Shown here piece after piece: positions 1-10,212 of a stretch of DNA of 26,286 bases. The DNA comes from Bacteroidaceae bacterium (GTDB lineage Bacteria; Bacteroidota; Bacteroidia; Bacteroidales; Bacteroidaceae). The translations under genes and the position numbers were made by a program. The stretch spans positions 1 through 26,286 of the forward strand of contig JAQWAN010000001.1 in the NCBI GenBank assembly GCA_028707655.1, read 5' to 3'. Within the stretch, counting starts at the first letter, position 1. Every line of letters starts with the position of its first letter. The notes below the pieces were generated by a model that saw nothing but the letters and a program-made list of their open reading frames with translations, made no database searches and had not been told where the DNA came from.

Positions 1-1147
1 ATATTATTTGATTGTTGGGGAGGCCTCTGGCGATTTACATGCTTCTAATTTGATGCATGCTATAAAGCAGTTGGATAAAGCAGCCGACTTCCGTTTCTTT
101 GGGGGCGATTTAATGTTGCAAGAGGGCGGTACACGTGTGGCACATTATAGGGATATGGCTTATATGGGCTTAATTCCTGTGTTGCTTCACTTGCGCACTA
201 TCTTTGCTAATATGAAGCGCTGTAAACAGGATATCCTGACGTATCAACCCGACGTGTTATTATTGGTAGACTATCCGGGTTTTAATCTCTCCATCGCTAA
301 ATATATTAAGAAAAACAGTAATATCCCTGTTTTTTATTATATCTCTCCCAAGATATGGGCTTGGAAGGAGCATCGCATTAAAAACATCAAAAGAGATGTA
401 GACGAACTGTTCTCTATCCTTCCCTTTGAGGTTGATTTCTATAAGAAACACCAGTATCCTATTCATTATGTTGGCAATCCATGCGCAGATGCGGTACGCA
501 ATTTCTCTGCTGCTACACCTTTCTCTCGCGAGGAGTTTATAGCAAAGCATCAGCTCTCTAATCAACCGATTATTGCCCTTTTGGCGGGTAGTAGAAAGCA
601 GGAGATAGCTGGTAATCTCCAACTGATGTTGGAGACAACGGTTGTTTTTGAAGAATATCAAGTGGTTATTGCTGCGGCACCTGGGATAGACCTTTCTTTT
701 TATGACCCATTTATCCGTGACAAGCAGGTTAAGATTGTGGTGGATCAGACCTACGATTTACTGCGTTATAGTGCTGCGGCCTTGGTTACCTCTGGTACGG
801 CTACGTTGGAGACGGCTCTTTTTAGAGTTCCTCAAATAGTGTGTTACCACACCTCTGCTGCTAAGTTTGTGGCCTATATGCGTAAGCTCTTTCTCAAAGT
901 GAAGTATGTCTCTCTTGTCAATCTTATTGCTGGTAGAGAGGTGGTGCGCGAGTTAGTAGCAGATGAGATGACGGTAGAAAACTTGAAGGCTGAGTTGGAC
1001 CTTATTTTGTATGATAAGGTGCATCTGCAACAGATGTTAGATGGATACGATGGTATCATCTCTTTGTTAGGTCATGAGAGTGCCTCCCAGAAGGCTGCTA
1101 AGAAAATCTGTGCATTACTGCCCAATTATCTATCGAAAAAGGAGTAG
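1..1147 (+). CDS. lpxB: Lipid-A-disaccharide synthase (5' end just outside the window)
   Basis: The frame is open from base 2 (tat tat ttg att = Y-Y-L-I-VGEASGDLH, the typical LpxB N-terminus). It also has LLVDYPGFN, YYISPKIWAW, LLAGSRKQEI and SGTATLE motifs. The TTG at 8 is probably not the true start. Confidence 0.96.
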   Translation, partial: YYLIVGEASGDLHASNLMHAIKQLDKAADFRFFGGDLMLQEGGTRVAHYRDMAYMGLIPVLLHLRTIFANMKRCKQDILTYQPDVLLLVDYPGFNLSIAKYIKKNSNIPVFYYISPKIWAWKEHRIKNIKRDVDELFSILPFEVDFYKKHQYPIHYVGNPCADAVRNFSAATPFSREEFIAKHQLSNQPIIALLAGSRKQEIAGNLQLMLETTVVFEEYQVVIAAAPGIDLSFYDPFIRDKQVKIVVDQTYDLLRYSAAALVTSGTATLETALFRVPQIVCYHTSAAKFVAYMRKLFLKVKYVSLVNLIAGREVVRELVADEMTVENLKAELDLILYDKVHLQQMLDGYDGIISLLGHESASQKAAKKICALLPNYLSKKE

Positions 1148-1164
1148 TAGTGGGTTTATACCAT

Positions 1165-1209
1165 AAAAAAAAAGCGTCTATTGGTTAACTAACCAATAGA
1201 CGCTTTTTT
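1165..1209. terminator. Bidirectional intrinsic terminator between convergent lpxB and cdsA
   Basis: Perfect stem GCGTCTATTGGTT (1174-1186) / AACCAATAGACGC (1191-1203), with an A-run on the left and a T-run on the right. Confidence 0.9.
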
Positions 1210-1237
1210 GTTGTACTATTTGTTGCCATTGGGTTGG

Positions 1238-2101
1238 TTACCAAGTGATGCTATGTGTACCTTCTGTTATAATATTCAAGATATAGAGATAAACAAAAGC
1301 AGATGGGATAGCTAGTAGTGCGCTGTCAAAGCGATCTAATATACCACCATGCCCCGGCAAAATAGAACCAGAGTCTTTTACCTTTAGTGTTCGTTTTAAT
1401 AGCGACTCCATAAGGTCGCCCCATGTTCCAAAGAGCACCACTACCATTGCTAATCCTAGAAAGGGTAGTAGGTCTAGTTGTATAGCACCCACTAAATAGG
1501 GATGTGCAAAGAGGGCTACAAGCAGTGTTAATAGACCACCACCAATAGAACCTTCCCACGATTTCTTTGGAGAGATACGTTCAAAGAGTTTATTTTTACC
1601 CAGTAATGTTCCCACGCAATATGCACCCGTATCATTCAGCCAGATGAAGACAAAGATAGCTAGCGGCAAGGCATAGTTATAGGTGTCTACATAGATAGAG
1701 GAGAAGGATAAGATCCATAGTAGGCAAAAGGGTATTGCTATGTACAGCTGACTAAAGAGGGTATAGCTCCAGTTATTAATTGGGTTGCTCTTTTCTAGGT
1801 ATAACTCTCTGATAAATGCGTAAAGTACGATAACCAGATAGGGGATAAAGAGTGTATAGTCGTTCGTTAGTTGCGCCAACGCAGTTGCTAAGAAGAGATA
1901 GACACCACCTAAGGTGATGATGGGTTGGCTGATGGTTACTCCTTTTGAATGGTTCACTAATTTACCAAATTCCCATAAACCTAAGGCTGTTATCATTGCA
2001 AATAGACCGATAAACGTACTAGGTCCTAAAACAATAGCGGTAACAAGGATAACCACAAAAAGGAGACCTGTTATACTTCTAATTATTAAATTGTTTTTCA
2101 C
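1238..2101 (-). CDS. cdsA: Phosphatidate cytidylyltransferase
   Basis: Multi-TM protein with WLNDTGAY, ISPKKSWEG, GDLMESLLKR and KDSGSILPGHGGILDRFDS signatures. Confidence 0.96.
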   Translation of the reverse strand: MKNNLIIRSITGLLFVVILVTAIVLGPSTFIGLFAMITALGLWEFGKLVNHSKGVTISQPIITLGGVYLFLATALAQLTNDYTLFIPYLVIVLYAFIRELYLEKSNPINNWSYTLFSQLYIAIPFCLLWILSFSSIYVDTYNYALPLAIFVFIWLNDTGAYCVGTLLGKNKLFERISPKKSWEGSIGGGLLTLLVALFAHPYLVGAIQLDLLPFLGLAMVVVLFGTWGDLMESLLKRTLKVKDSGSILPGHGGILDRFDSALLAIPSAFVYLYILNIITEGTHSITW

Positions 2102-2134
2102 TTTTCTTTTTTTTATGCGTATTAGCGCTTTAAA

Positions 2135-4225
2135 CTATTTTTTATCTTCGCTTGCTGGTTTATCGGCAACAACAGTTGCCTTTTTCTGCTCTTTGGTTGG
2201 CTCCTCTTTTGCCTCCTCTTTCTGTTCCTCGTTTGTTGCTTGGATAACCGTATCTACTGCAGCTTCTATTTGATCTGTTGCAGCAGATATTTTAGCCTCT
2301 TTTTCTCCCTCTGCCAAAATCTCATCCGAACGAGAGGACCAGGTACGTTTACCAAAGATCTTCTCCATATCCTCTCTGAAAATAACCTCTTTATCAATAA
2401 GCAGTTGGGCAAGTACATTATGTCCCTCTTTATGTTCAGCTAGAATAGATTTAGCTCTTTCGTATTGACTAGCAATCATCACTTTCACCTCGTCGTCAAT
2501 CAACATGGCTGTTTGGTCGCTATAGGGCTTGTTAAACTGGTATTCTTGGTTGTTGTAATAACAGAGATTAGGCAATTTATCGCTCATACCTGCATAAGCA
2601 ACCATTCCGTAAGATTGTTTGGTAACACGCTCTAAGTCGTTCATAGCACCCGTGGAGATCTGCCCAACAAATAACTCTTCGGCAGCTCTACCGCCTAATG
2701 TAGCACACATCTCATCTAACATCTGTTCTTTAGTGGTAATCTGTCGCTCCTCTGGCATATACCAAGCAGCTCCTAAAGCCCTTCCGCGAGGAACGATGGT
2801 TACCTTAATTAGTGGATTGGCATGTTCTAAGAACCAAGATAAGGTGGCATGACCCGCTTCGTGAATCGCAATAGAGCGTTTCTCGCTTTTTGTCATCACT
2901 TTGGTTTTCTTTTCTAATCCGCCGATAATTCGATCTACCGCATCTAGAAAATCTTGTTTGCTTACCTCTTTTTTGCGATGACGTGCAGCAATTAAAGCTG
3001 CCTCATTACACACGTTGGCTATATCTGCTCCAGAAAAGCCGGGTGTCTGTCGTGCTAACAGGTCAATGTCTATGGTATTATCCATTTTGATTGGATTCAA
3101 ATGGACATTGAAAATAGCTTTACGTTCGTTCAAATCGGGTAGATCCACATTTATCTGTCGGTCAAATCGTCCGGCTCTAAGTAATGCCTTGTCTAAAATA
3201 TCTGCACGGTTGGTGGCGGCCAAAATAATGATACCACTATTTGTACCAAAGCCATCCATCTCTGTTAGTAACTGGTTGAGAGTGTTCTCTCTCTCATCGT
3301 TACCACCCATATTAGGGTTTTTCCCACGTGCGCGTCCCACGGCATCAATCTCATCAATAAAGATGATACAGGGGGATTTTTCTTTTGCTTGTTTGAAAAG
3401 GTCGCGAACACGAGAAGCACCTACACCCACAAACATCTCTACAAAGTCGGAACCCGATAGTGAGAAGAAGGGTACATCAGCTTCGCCTGCTACGGCTTTA
3501 GCTAACAATGTTTTTCCTGTTCCAGGAGGGCCTACAAGAAGTGCGCCTTTAGGAATTTTACCACCTAGTTCGGTATAGCGTTGTGGCTCTTTTAGAAACT
3601 CTACAATCTCCTCTACCTCTTGTTTTGCTTCTGCTAATCCAGCTACATCTTTAAAGGTTATTTTTGCTTTTCCGCCTTTGTCAAATAAGCGTGCTTTTGA
3701 TTTCCCTACGTTAAACATGCCACCAGCAGCACCGCCGCCATCTTTACCTACTCTTCTCATAAACAAGAAGAAGAGAGAGCCTAGCAGTAGGAGAGGGAAG
3801 ATGTTCCAAAAGACAACTCCAAAATAGTTGTTTTTCTTTTTATAGGTCACTTTACCTGTAAAGAGGTTATCGGTATGTTTCTTCTGAATATACTCATCAA
3901 AAGAATCCGTTGATCCAATGCGTGTATTAATCACTGGGTTTTTACCAATTCGTGCTGCTTGGTCTTTGAACACTTCTTTTACAGCCGATGGTTTTAGATA
4001 GAGCTCTACCGAGTTATCATCATAAGCTATGATTTTATCTGCATATCCCTTTTCGATATAGCTTTGAAATTCGGTATAAGAAACCTCTTTGCTTGTAATT
4101 CCTTTTTCGTTGGTAAAGTATAATCCAATAAGCATTATAGCTATAATAGCATATAACCAGTTTAAGTTAAACTGTGGCTTAAAAGCTTTTTTAATATCGT
4201 TTTTGTTATCCATATTTATTTTCAT
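2135..4225 (-). CDS. ftsH: ATP-dependent zinc metalloprotease FtsH (start may be the ATG at 4213)
   Basis: Two N-terminal TMs, Walker A GPPGTGKT, Walker [12 protein letters not shown] motif [20 protein letters not shown], and zinc motif HEAGH. Confidence 0.98.
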   Translation of the reverse strand: MKINMDNKNDIKKAFKPQFNLNWLYAIIAIMLIGLYFTNEKGITSKEVSYTEFQSYIEKGYADKIIAYDDNSVELYLKPSAVKEVFKDQAARIGKNPVINTRIGSTDSFDEYIQKKHTDNLFTGKVTYKKKNNYFGVVFWNIFPLLLLGSLFFLFMRRVGKDGGGAAGGMFNVGKSKARLFDKGGKAKITFKDVAGLAEAKQEVEEIVEFLKEPQRYTELGGKIPKGALLVGPPGTGKTLLAKAVAGEADVPFFSLSGSDFVEMFVGVGASRVRDLFKQAKEKSPCIIFIDEIDAVGRARGKNPNMGGNDERENTLNQLLTEMDGFGTNSGIIILAATNRADILDKALLRAGRFDRQINVDLPDLNERKAIFNVHLNPIKMDNTIDIDLLARQTPGFSGADIANVCNEAALIAARHRKKEVSKQDFLDAVDRIIGGLEKKTKVMTKSEKRSIAIHEAGHATLSWFLEHANPLIKVTIVPRGRALGAAWYMPEERQITTKEQMLDEMCATLGGRAAEELFVGQISTGAMNDLERVTKQSYGMVAYAGMSDKLPNLCYYNNQEYQFNKPYSDQTAMLIDDEVKVMIASQYERAKSILAEHKEGHNVLAQLLIDKEVIFREDMEKIFGKRTWSSRSDEILAEGEKEAKISAATDQIEAAVDTVIQATNEEQKEEAKEEPTKEQKKATVVADKPASEDKK

Positions 4226-4584
4226 TAGTCAATAGCTGGCAAATGGGTTAGTTTAGCATCTGCCCAAAGTGTCTCTAAATTATAGAAGGTTCTACTTTCA
4301 GGAAGGAAAATATGAACGGTAATATCGCTGTAATCCATAGCCACCCATTCCGCATTCTCAACACCAGCCACATGAATAGGGCGTTCGTTGGCGTTTATGC
4401 GCAAAGAGTCGCCTACAGATTCTGCAACGGCTCTAACCTGATTGGGGGATGAACCTTCGCATATTACCATATATTCGCAAATGGTATCGTCAATAGTTGT
4501 TAAGTCTACAATAACAATATTTTGTCCCTTTTTCTCTTGTATTGCTTCTGTTATTAATGTAATCTGTTTTTTTGTTTCTATCAT
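4225..4584 (-). CDS. rsfS: Ribosome silencing factor
   Basis: Iojap/RsfS motifs (IQEKKGQNIVIVDL, WVAMDYSDITVHIF, RTFYNLETLW). Its stop overlaps the upstream ftsH start codon. Confidence 0.95.
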   Translation of the reverse strand: MIETKKQITLITEAIQEKKGQNIVIVDLTTIDDTICEYMVICEGSSPNQVRAVAESVGDSLRINANERPIHVAGVENAEWVAMDYSDITVHIFLPESRTFYNLETLWADAKLTHLPAID

Positions 4585-4643
4585 TGAAATTTATTTTTAT
4601 TGGGTGTGCATTAATTAATGTGGTGTACTTAAACTGTATTCTA

Positions 4644-4651
4644 CAAAGATA
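4644..4651 (-). promoter_or_regulatory. Putative -7 box of the rsfS-ftsH-cdsA promoter
   Basis: Minus-strand TATCTTTG matches the Bacteroidota TAnnTTTG consensus, about 60 nt upstream of rsfS. Confidence 0.55.
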
Positions 4652-4777
4652 CATTGAATTGATGTAGTGTTGAATTAAATACGCTCTAAATTACTTGCTT
4701 TTTTGTATTTTTAAGGTATTCCCTACAAAGTATCTATTAAAAAGTTGTCGCTTTCGTGTAATTATTTTTGATAATGA

Positions 4778-4807
4778 TTTGCAGATTATCTTTTTTTTGT
4801 ATCTTTG
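4778..4807 (+). promoter_or_regulatory. Promoter of tRNA-Gln
   Basis: TTTG (4778-4781), 18-nt spacer, TATCTTTG (4800-4807). Confidence 0.7.
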
Positions 4808-4821
4808 CGGCTGTAAATGAT

Positions 4822-4893
4822 TGGGCTATGGTGTAATTGGTAACACAACAGATTCTGGTTCTGTCGTTCCAAGTTCGAGTCTTGGTAGCCTAA
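4822..4893 (+). tRNA. tRNA-Gln (anticodon CTG)
   Basis: Cloverleaf with acceptor TGGGCTA/TAGCCTA, D-stem GTGT/ACAC, anticodon arm ACAGA-TTCTGGT-TCTGT and T-arm CCAAG-TTCGAGT-CTTGG. CCA is not encoded. Confidence 0.96.
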
Positions 4894-4930
4894 CAAAATG
4901 GCAAAGGGTAAATTCTTTTTATTCTTTTTT

Positions 4931-4962
4931 TTTGGAAGGAAAAAAACTTTTACGTACCTTTG
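4931..4962 (+). promoter_or_regulatory. Promoter of tRNA-Met
   Basis: TTTG (4931-4934), 20-nt spacer, TACCTTTG (4955-4962). Confidence 0.8.
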
Positions 4963-4980
4963 CAACCGCAAAATAAAGAT

Positions 4981-5057
4981 GGCGCGATAGCTCAGATGGT
5001 TAGAGCGCATGATTCATAATCATGAGGTCCCCAGTTCAATCCTGGGTCGCGCTACCA
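4981..5057 (+). tRNA. tRNA with CAT anticodon, most likely elongator tRNA-Met
   Basis: Acceptor GGCGCGA/TCGCGCT, anticodon arm CATGA-TTCATAA-TCATG, T-arm CCCAG-TTCAATC-CTGGG, encoded CCA. It lacks the initiator GGG/CCC anticodon-stem pairs. Ile2 is not formally excluded. Confidence 0.93.
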
Positions 5058-5079
5058 AGTCGAAAGACTTAAGATTAAG

Positions 5080-5116
5080 AACGTTCGGGAGGCTTCCACT
5101 TTCGGGCGTTTTTTTT
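5080..5116 (+). terminator. Intrinsic terminator after tRNA-Met
   Basis: G-U-rich stem AACGTTCGGG / TTCGGGCGTT followed by a T-run. Confidence 0.65.
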
Positions 5117-5250
5117 ATGCCTTTTTTGGGGGGATTATCTCCTCTATTCTACTGCAAACTCTATTTTAATGTAAAAACAAAGTAACTGCAAAAACCAACA
5201 AATGCAGCGTATCTCTACGCTCTTTTTGTGTAGCTAAGGCTTACGTGCTA

Positions 5251-5278
5251 TAAAGGAGCAGAAAAATCTGCTCCTTTA
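5251..5278 (-). terminator. Terminator hairpin downstream of the FKBP gene
   Basis: Perfect 12-bp stem TAAAGGAGCAGA / TCTGCTCCTTTA with a 4-nt loop, 15 nt after the stop. The U-tract is short. Confidence 0.7.
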
Positions 5279-5293
5279 GATACTGTAAGATTG

Positions 5294-5872
5294 TTATTTA
5301 TGTATGATCTTTACTAGGTCGATATCAAAAATTAGATTGGAATAGCCTGGTATCGTGCTTTCTGCACTTGAGCCATAGCCAAGAGACCAAGGGATATAGA
5401 TAAGCCATCTATCGCCCTCTTTCATATGTTGTAGTGCGGTAGCAAAGCCATTGATAGTGCTTGCAATCTGCATACCTACGGGTTGTACTAAATCTCTATC
5501 TGGTTCGTCGATAGAATAAGAGCTATCAAAAACAACATCGTTATAGAGTTTTCCTTTGTAGTTGATATTTACAGAATCACTGTAAAGTGCTAATTCCGTT
5601 CCAGTGCCCTCTTTTAATACCTTAACGTAAACATAATCTTGAAGGTCGCCATAAACGCCCTCTGTTGCATCGGGTACTAAGGTCCACGACTTGATTATTT
5701 TCCACTCTCCAGGTTTTGCTTTTGCTTCTTGTGCAATGGTGGTGAGAAATGTTTCATTCTTAGTAGCCCAATCTGCCAAAGCGTCTGCCGCTGTTTCTGT
5801 TTCTTCGCACGCTACAGTAGTTAGTAGAAGGCAAATGATGGTCATCCAATAACCAATTCTATTCTTTTTCAT
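5294..5872 (-). CDS. FKBP-type peptidyl-prolyl cis-trans isomerase, lipoprotein
   Basis: Lipobox LTTVAC. FKBP motifs VNINYKGKL..VFDSS, INGFATALQHMKEG and IPWSLGYG. Confidence 0.92.
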   Translation of the reverse strand: MKKNRIGYWMTIICLLLTTVACEETETAADALADWATKNETFLTTIAQEAKAKPGEWKIIKSWTLVPDATEGVYGDLQDYVYVKVLKEGTGTELALYSDSVNINYKGKLYNDVVFDSSYSIDEPDRDLVQPVGMQIASTINGFATALQHMKEGDRWLIYIPWSLGYGSSAESTIPGYSNLIFDIDLVKIIHK

Positions 5873-5888
5873 ATCTATTTAAATTTGT

Positions 5889-7430
5889 TTACATCAATTG
5901 TTTTAATAGAGAAGTGAGTGTGGTTTGTTTAGAAATAATCTGTTTCAAATCTTCTATGTTGACACGCTCTTGTAGCATGGTATCTCGGTGACGAATAGTT
6001 ACGCAGTTGTCTTCTAATGTTTGGTGGTCAATAGTGATACAGAAAGGTGTACCAATAGCATCTTGACGACGGTAACGTTTACCAATACTATCTTTCTCGT
6101 CGTATTGACAGTTGAGTTCAAACTTAAGGTCATTCATAATCTCTCGTGCTTTCTCAGGAAGGCCATCTTTTTTTGTTAAGGGAAGAACGGCCAATTTAAC
6201 AGGAGCCAAAGCTGCTGGTAGTTTCAAGACAACACGTGTCTCGCCGCCTTCAAGAGTCTCTTCGCAATAAGCTGAGCTCATGATACTAAGGAACATACGG
6301 TCTACACCAATAGAGGTTTCAATAACATAGGGTGTGTACGATTCGTTAATCTCTGGGTCAAAATATTTGATGCTTTTACCACTAAATTTCTCGTGTTGTT
6401 TCAAATCGAAATCGGTACGCGAGTGAATACCCTCTACCTCTTTGAAACCAAAAGGCATTAAGAATTCAATATCTGTTGCGGCATTTGCATAATGTGCCAA
6501 TTTTTCGTGGTCGTGGAATCGGTAGTGGTCATCTCCAAAGCCTAATGCTTTGTGCCATTTAATACGCAACTCTTTCCATTTCTTGAAATAGTCCATTTCT
6601 GTTCCAGGGCGTACAAAGAATTGCATCTCCATCTGCTCAAATTCGCGCATACGGAAAATAAACTGACGTGCTACAATCTCATTTCTAAAGGCTTTACCGA
6701 TTTGTGCTATTCCGAAAGGAATCTTCATACGGCCTGTCTTTTGTACATTTAAATAGTTTACAAAGATACCTTGTGCTGTTTCTGGGCGGAGATAAATTTT
6801 GTTTGCTCCCTCTGCTGTAGACCCCATTTCTGTAGAGAACATCAGATTGAACTGACGAACATCGGTCCAGTTTTTAGAGCCAGATATAGGACAAACAATC
6901 TCTTCGTCTAGAATGATTTGTCGTAGCTCCTCTAAATCGTTAGCATTGAGTGCTGCTGCAAAACGGGTATGTAGGGCTTGTTTTTTCTCTTCGTTGGCTA
7001 AAACACGAGGGTTAGTTGCTTTAAATTGGTCTGCATCGAAAGCCTCCCCAAATCGTTTGGCTGCCTTGGCAACCTCTTTGTTGATTTTTTCCTCATATTT
7101 AGCAATCTTGTCTTCGATAAGAACATCTGCGCGATAGCGTTTTTTGGAATCCTTGTTATCAATCAAAGGGTCATTAAAAGCGTCTACATGTCCAGATGCT
7201 TTCCAGATTGTGGGATGCATAAAAATGGCAGAATCAATTCCTACAATATTTTCGTGGAGTAAAACCATACTCTTCCACCAATATTGTTTAATATTATTCT
7301 TTAATTCAACACCCATTTGACCGTAGTCATATACTGCGCCTAATCCATCATAAATATCGCTTGAACGGAATACGAATCCATATTCTTTGCAGTGTGAAAC
7401 TATTTTCTTAAAAACATCTTCTTGTGCCAT
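5889..7430 (-). CDS. glyQS: Glycine--tRNA ligase, homodimeric (alpha2) type
   Basis: YLRPETAQGIF, FRNEI..RQFIFRMREFEQME and VIETSIGVDR motifs, plus the anticodon-binding domain IGKRYRRQDAIGTPFCITID. Confidence 0.97.
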   Translation of the reverse strand: MAQEDVFKKIVSHCKEYGFVFRSSDIYDGLGAVYDYGQMGVELKNNIKQYWWKSMVLLHENIVGIDSAIFMHPTIWKASGHVDAFNDPLIDNKDSKKRYRADVLIEDKIAKYEEKINKEVAKAAKRFGEAFDADQFKATNPRVLANEEKKQALHTRFAAALNANDLEELRQIILDEEIVCPISGSKNWTDVRQFNLMFSTEMGSTAEGANKIYLRPETAQGIFVNYLNVQKTGRMKIPFGIAQIGKAFRNEIVARQFIFRMREFEQMEMQFFVRPGTEMDYFKKWKELRIKWHKALGFGDDHYRFHDHEKLAHYANAATDIEFLMPFGFKEVEGIHSRTDFDLKQHEKFSGKSIKYFDPEINESYTPYVIETSIGVDRMFLSIMSSAYCEETLEGGETRVVLKLPAALAPVKLAVLPLTKKDGLPEKAREIMNDLKFELNCQYDEKDSIGKRYRRQDAIGTPFCITIDHQTLEDNCVTIRHRDTMLQERVNIEDLKQIISKQTTLTSLLKQLM

Positions 7431-7536
7431 GATTTACAAAATATCTTGATTAAATGTTAGAGTTATAGTAGTCTACAACTTCCCTGATTTTACTAAATAA
7501 AACTGCAAAGTAAATGATTTTTTTCAATTAAATTCG

Positions 7537-7544
7537 TATTTTTG
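7537..7544 (+). promoter_or_regulatory. Putative -7 box of the parC operon promoter
   Basis: TATTTTTG matches TAnnTTTG, about 75 nt upstream of parC. No clear -33 box. Confidence 0.5.
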
Positions 7545-7617
7545 CCTTCACATCTCTTTTTTTAGATGTAAAAAACATCATTTGTTGTTAAAAGACAACT
7601 TTAATCGAACAGAATAA

Positions 7618-10212
7618 ATGAACGACAAAATAAAAGAATCAGAACAGATCACTTCGTTACCCTCACAAGGTTCTTCGCGTAGAACTTTGACAGGGATGTA
7701 TCAAGACTGGTTTTTAGATTATGCTTCATACGTTATATTGGAGCGTGCTGTTCCAGATTTAGATGACGGGTTGAAACCTGTACAGCGACGTATACTACAT
7801 TCCATGAAACGCTTAGATGATGGGCGATACAATAAAGTGGCCAATATTGTGGGACATACCATGCAGCTTCATCCCCATGGAGATGCTTCTATTGGTGATG
7901 CTTTGGTGCAGTTAGGTCAAAAAGATTTATTGATAGATTGTCAAGGTAACTGGGGTAATATACTCACCGGTGATGGTGCAGCTGCTCCTCGTTATATAGA
8001 AGCTCGCTTATCCAAATTTGCATTGGATGTTGTTTTTAATCCAAAGACCACCGATTGGAAATTATCTTATGATGGTAGAAACAAGGAGCCTATTACGCTG
8101 CCTGTAAAATTTCCGCTATTGTTGATGCAGGGTGTGGAGGGTATTGCCGTAGGTTTATCTTCCAAAATATTGCCCCATAACTTTAATGAGATATGTGATG
8201 CCTCTATTGCTTTTCTTGAAGAGAAACCTTTTCAGATCTATCCCGATTTCCAAACGGGCGGTCTGTTAGATGTTTCTAAATATAATGATGGTGAACGTGG
8301 TGGAAGTGTAAAGATTCGTGCTAAAATTAATAAGCTGGATAATAAAACATTGGTTATCACGGAGATTCCTTATGGACGTACTACTACCTCTGTTATAGAA
8401 TCCATTTTAAAAGCCAATGATAAGGGTAAGATAAAGATTCGTAAAGTAGACGATAATACAGCAGCCGCTGTAGAAATCCAGGTACATCTTGCTCCAGGTG
8501 TCTCTTCCGATAAAACGATTGATGCGCTATATGCATTTACCGATTGCGAGATTAGTCTATCGCCCAATTGTTGTGTTATTGACCATAAGAAACCCTACTT
8601 CTTAACCGTTAGTGATGTCTTACGTAGGGCAACCGATAATGCAAAGAAACTTCTGCAGAAAGAGTTTTGTATCCGTAAAGAGGAGTTGTTCAATCAGTTA
8701 CATTTTGCCTCTTTAGAGAAAATCTTCATAGAGGAACGAATCTATAAGGATAAAGGATTTGAGCAAGCCCAATCAATGGAGGAAGCTTGTGCACATATCC
8801 GTACTCGTTTGGAACCCTATATTGCCTCTTTTGTTCGCCAAGTAACGCAAGACGATTTATTAAAACTCATGGAAATCAAGATGGGTAGAATATTGAAGTT
8901 CAATGCGGATAAAGCCAGTGCATTAATTGCACGCATCCAAGAGGAGATAGCAGAGATCGACGACCATCTAGCACATATCGTGGCCTATACCTGCGATTGG
9001 TTTAGACAACTAAAAAAGAAATATGGCGCCGCACATCCACGTTGCACGGAGCTCCGTAGTTTTGATACGATAGAAGCCTCTAAGGTGATTGAAGCCAATG
9101 AGAAGCTCTATATCAATCGAGAGGAGGGCTTTATAGGTACTTCTCTTAAAAAAGATGAGTTTATAGCCAATTGCTCCAGTATAGACGATGTTATTATCTT
9201 CTATAAAGATGGTACGTATAAGGTGGTACGTGTGCAAGATAAAATGTTTATCGGTAAAAATTGCATACATATGGCTATCTTTAAGAAAAACGACAAGCGC
9301 ACTATCTATAATGTGGTCTATAAAGATGGTAAAACAGGACCCTATTATGCAAAACGATTTGCGGTGACCTCTATCACGCGCGACCGGGATTACAACCTAA
9401 CACGTGGAAAACCAAATTCGCGTGTGCTCTATTTTACCGCCAATCCCAACGGCGAAGCAGAGGTCATTAAGGTGATGTTAAAGCCTACGCCTCGTATGAA
9501 GAAACTTGTTTTTGAAAAAGATTTTGGCGATTTACTGATAAAAGGAAGGCAGTCGATGGGTAATCTATTGACCAAAAACAGTGTCTATCGTATCTTGTTG
9601 AAACATCGTGGAGCTTCTACCTTAGGTGGACGTAAAGTTTGGTTTGACCATGATGTACTTCGTTTGAACTATGAAGAACGTGGTACTTATCTTGGTGAGT
9701 TTAAGGGGGACGACTCCATCTTAGTGGTGGCACAAGATGGTAGCTATTATACCTCTAATTTTGACCTTAACAATCACTATGAGTCCTCTATTTTACGTAT
9801 GGAGAAATTTGATGAGCATAAGATATGGACAGCTGTCTTGTTCGATGCCGACCAAAAAAACTTCCCTTATGTAAAACGATTTAAATTTGAAGCAACCTCT
9901 AAACGACTTCGCTTTATCGGTGATAATGAAGCCTCAAAATTGTTGATCTTAAGTGATACTGACTATCCGAGAATATCTGTCTCTTTTGGTGGCGCAGATA
10001 GCTTTAGAGATATGTTAGTTCTTGAGATAGCCGACTTTATTGGTGTGAAGAGTTATCGTGCAAAAGGTAAACGCCTCACCACTTATCAGGTGGAGCAGAT
10101 AACAGAGTTAGAACCTGTTCGTTTTTTACCAAAAGAGGAGTCTTCTAGCAATGAAGATGACTCTCCAGTAGAGGAGGATACAGATGAACAAATGAATCTA
10201 TTTAAAGAATGA
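7618..10212 (+). CDS. parC: DNA topoisomerase IV subunit A (Bacteroidota type)
   Basis: DGLKPVQRRILH, HPHGDASIG and the catalytic AAAPRYIE motif. The divergent C-terminus is of the Bacteroidota ParC type rather than GyrA. Confidence 0.93.
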   Translation: MNDKIKESEQITSLPSQGSSRRTLTGMYQDWFLDYASYVILERAVPDLDDGLKPVQRRILHSMKRLDDGRYNKVANIVGHTMQLHPHGDASIGDALVQLGQKDLLIDCQGNWGNILTGDGAAAPRYIEARLSKFALDVVFNPKTTDWKLSYDGRNKEPITLPVKFPLLLMQGVEGIAVGLSSKILPHNFNEICDASIAFLEEKPFQIYPDFQTGGLLDVSKYNDGERGGSVKIRAKINKLDNKTLVITEIPYGRTTTSVIESILKANDKGKIKIRKVDDNTAAAVEIQVHLAPGVSSDKTIDALYAFTDCEISLSPNCCVIDHKKPYFLTVSDVLRRATDNAKKLLQKEFCIRKEELFNQLHFASLEKIFIEERIYKDKGFEQAQSMEEACAHIRTRLEPYIASFVRQVTQDDLLKLMEIKMGRILKFNADKASALIARIQEEIAEIDDHLAHIVAYTCDWFRQLKKKYGAAHPRCTELRSFDTIEASKVIEANEKLYINREEGFIGTSLKKDEFIANCSSIDDVIIFYKDGTYKVVRVQDKMFIGKNCIHMAIFKKNDKRTIYNVVYKDGKTGPYYAKRFAVTSITRDRDYNLTRGKPNSRVLYFTANPNGEAEVIKVMLKPTPRMKKLVFEKDFGDLLIKGRQSMGNLLTKNSVYRILLKHRGASTLGGRKVWFDHDVLRLNYEERGTYLGEFKGDDSILVVAQDGSYYTSNFDLNNHYESSILRMEKFDEHKIWTAVLFDADQKNFPYVKRFKFEATSKRLRFIGDNEASKLLILSDTDYPRISVSFGGADSFRDMLVLEIADFIGVKSYRAKGKRLTTYQVEQITELEPVRFLPKEESSSNEDDSPVEEDTDEQMNLFKE

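Noticed and set aside
4609-4620. Perfect palindrome CATTAATTAATG upstream of rsfS
   Set aside because: It is almost all A/T and occurs once, so it is plausible by chance.
4786-5010. 74-aa minus-strand ORF
   Set aside because: It is antisense to tRNA-Gln and tRNA-Met, a classic shadow ORF.
5889-7430. Eukaryote/archaea-like homodimeric GlyRS
   Set aside because: This is the normal form in Bacteroidota, so it is not unusual.
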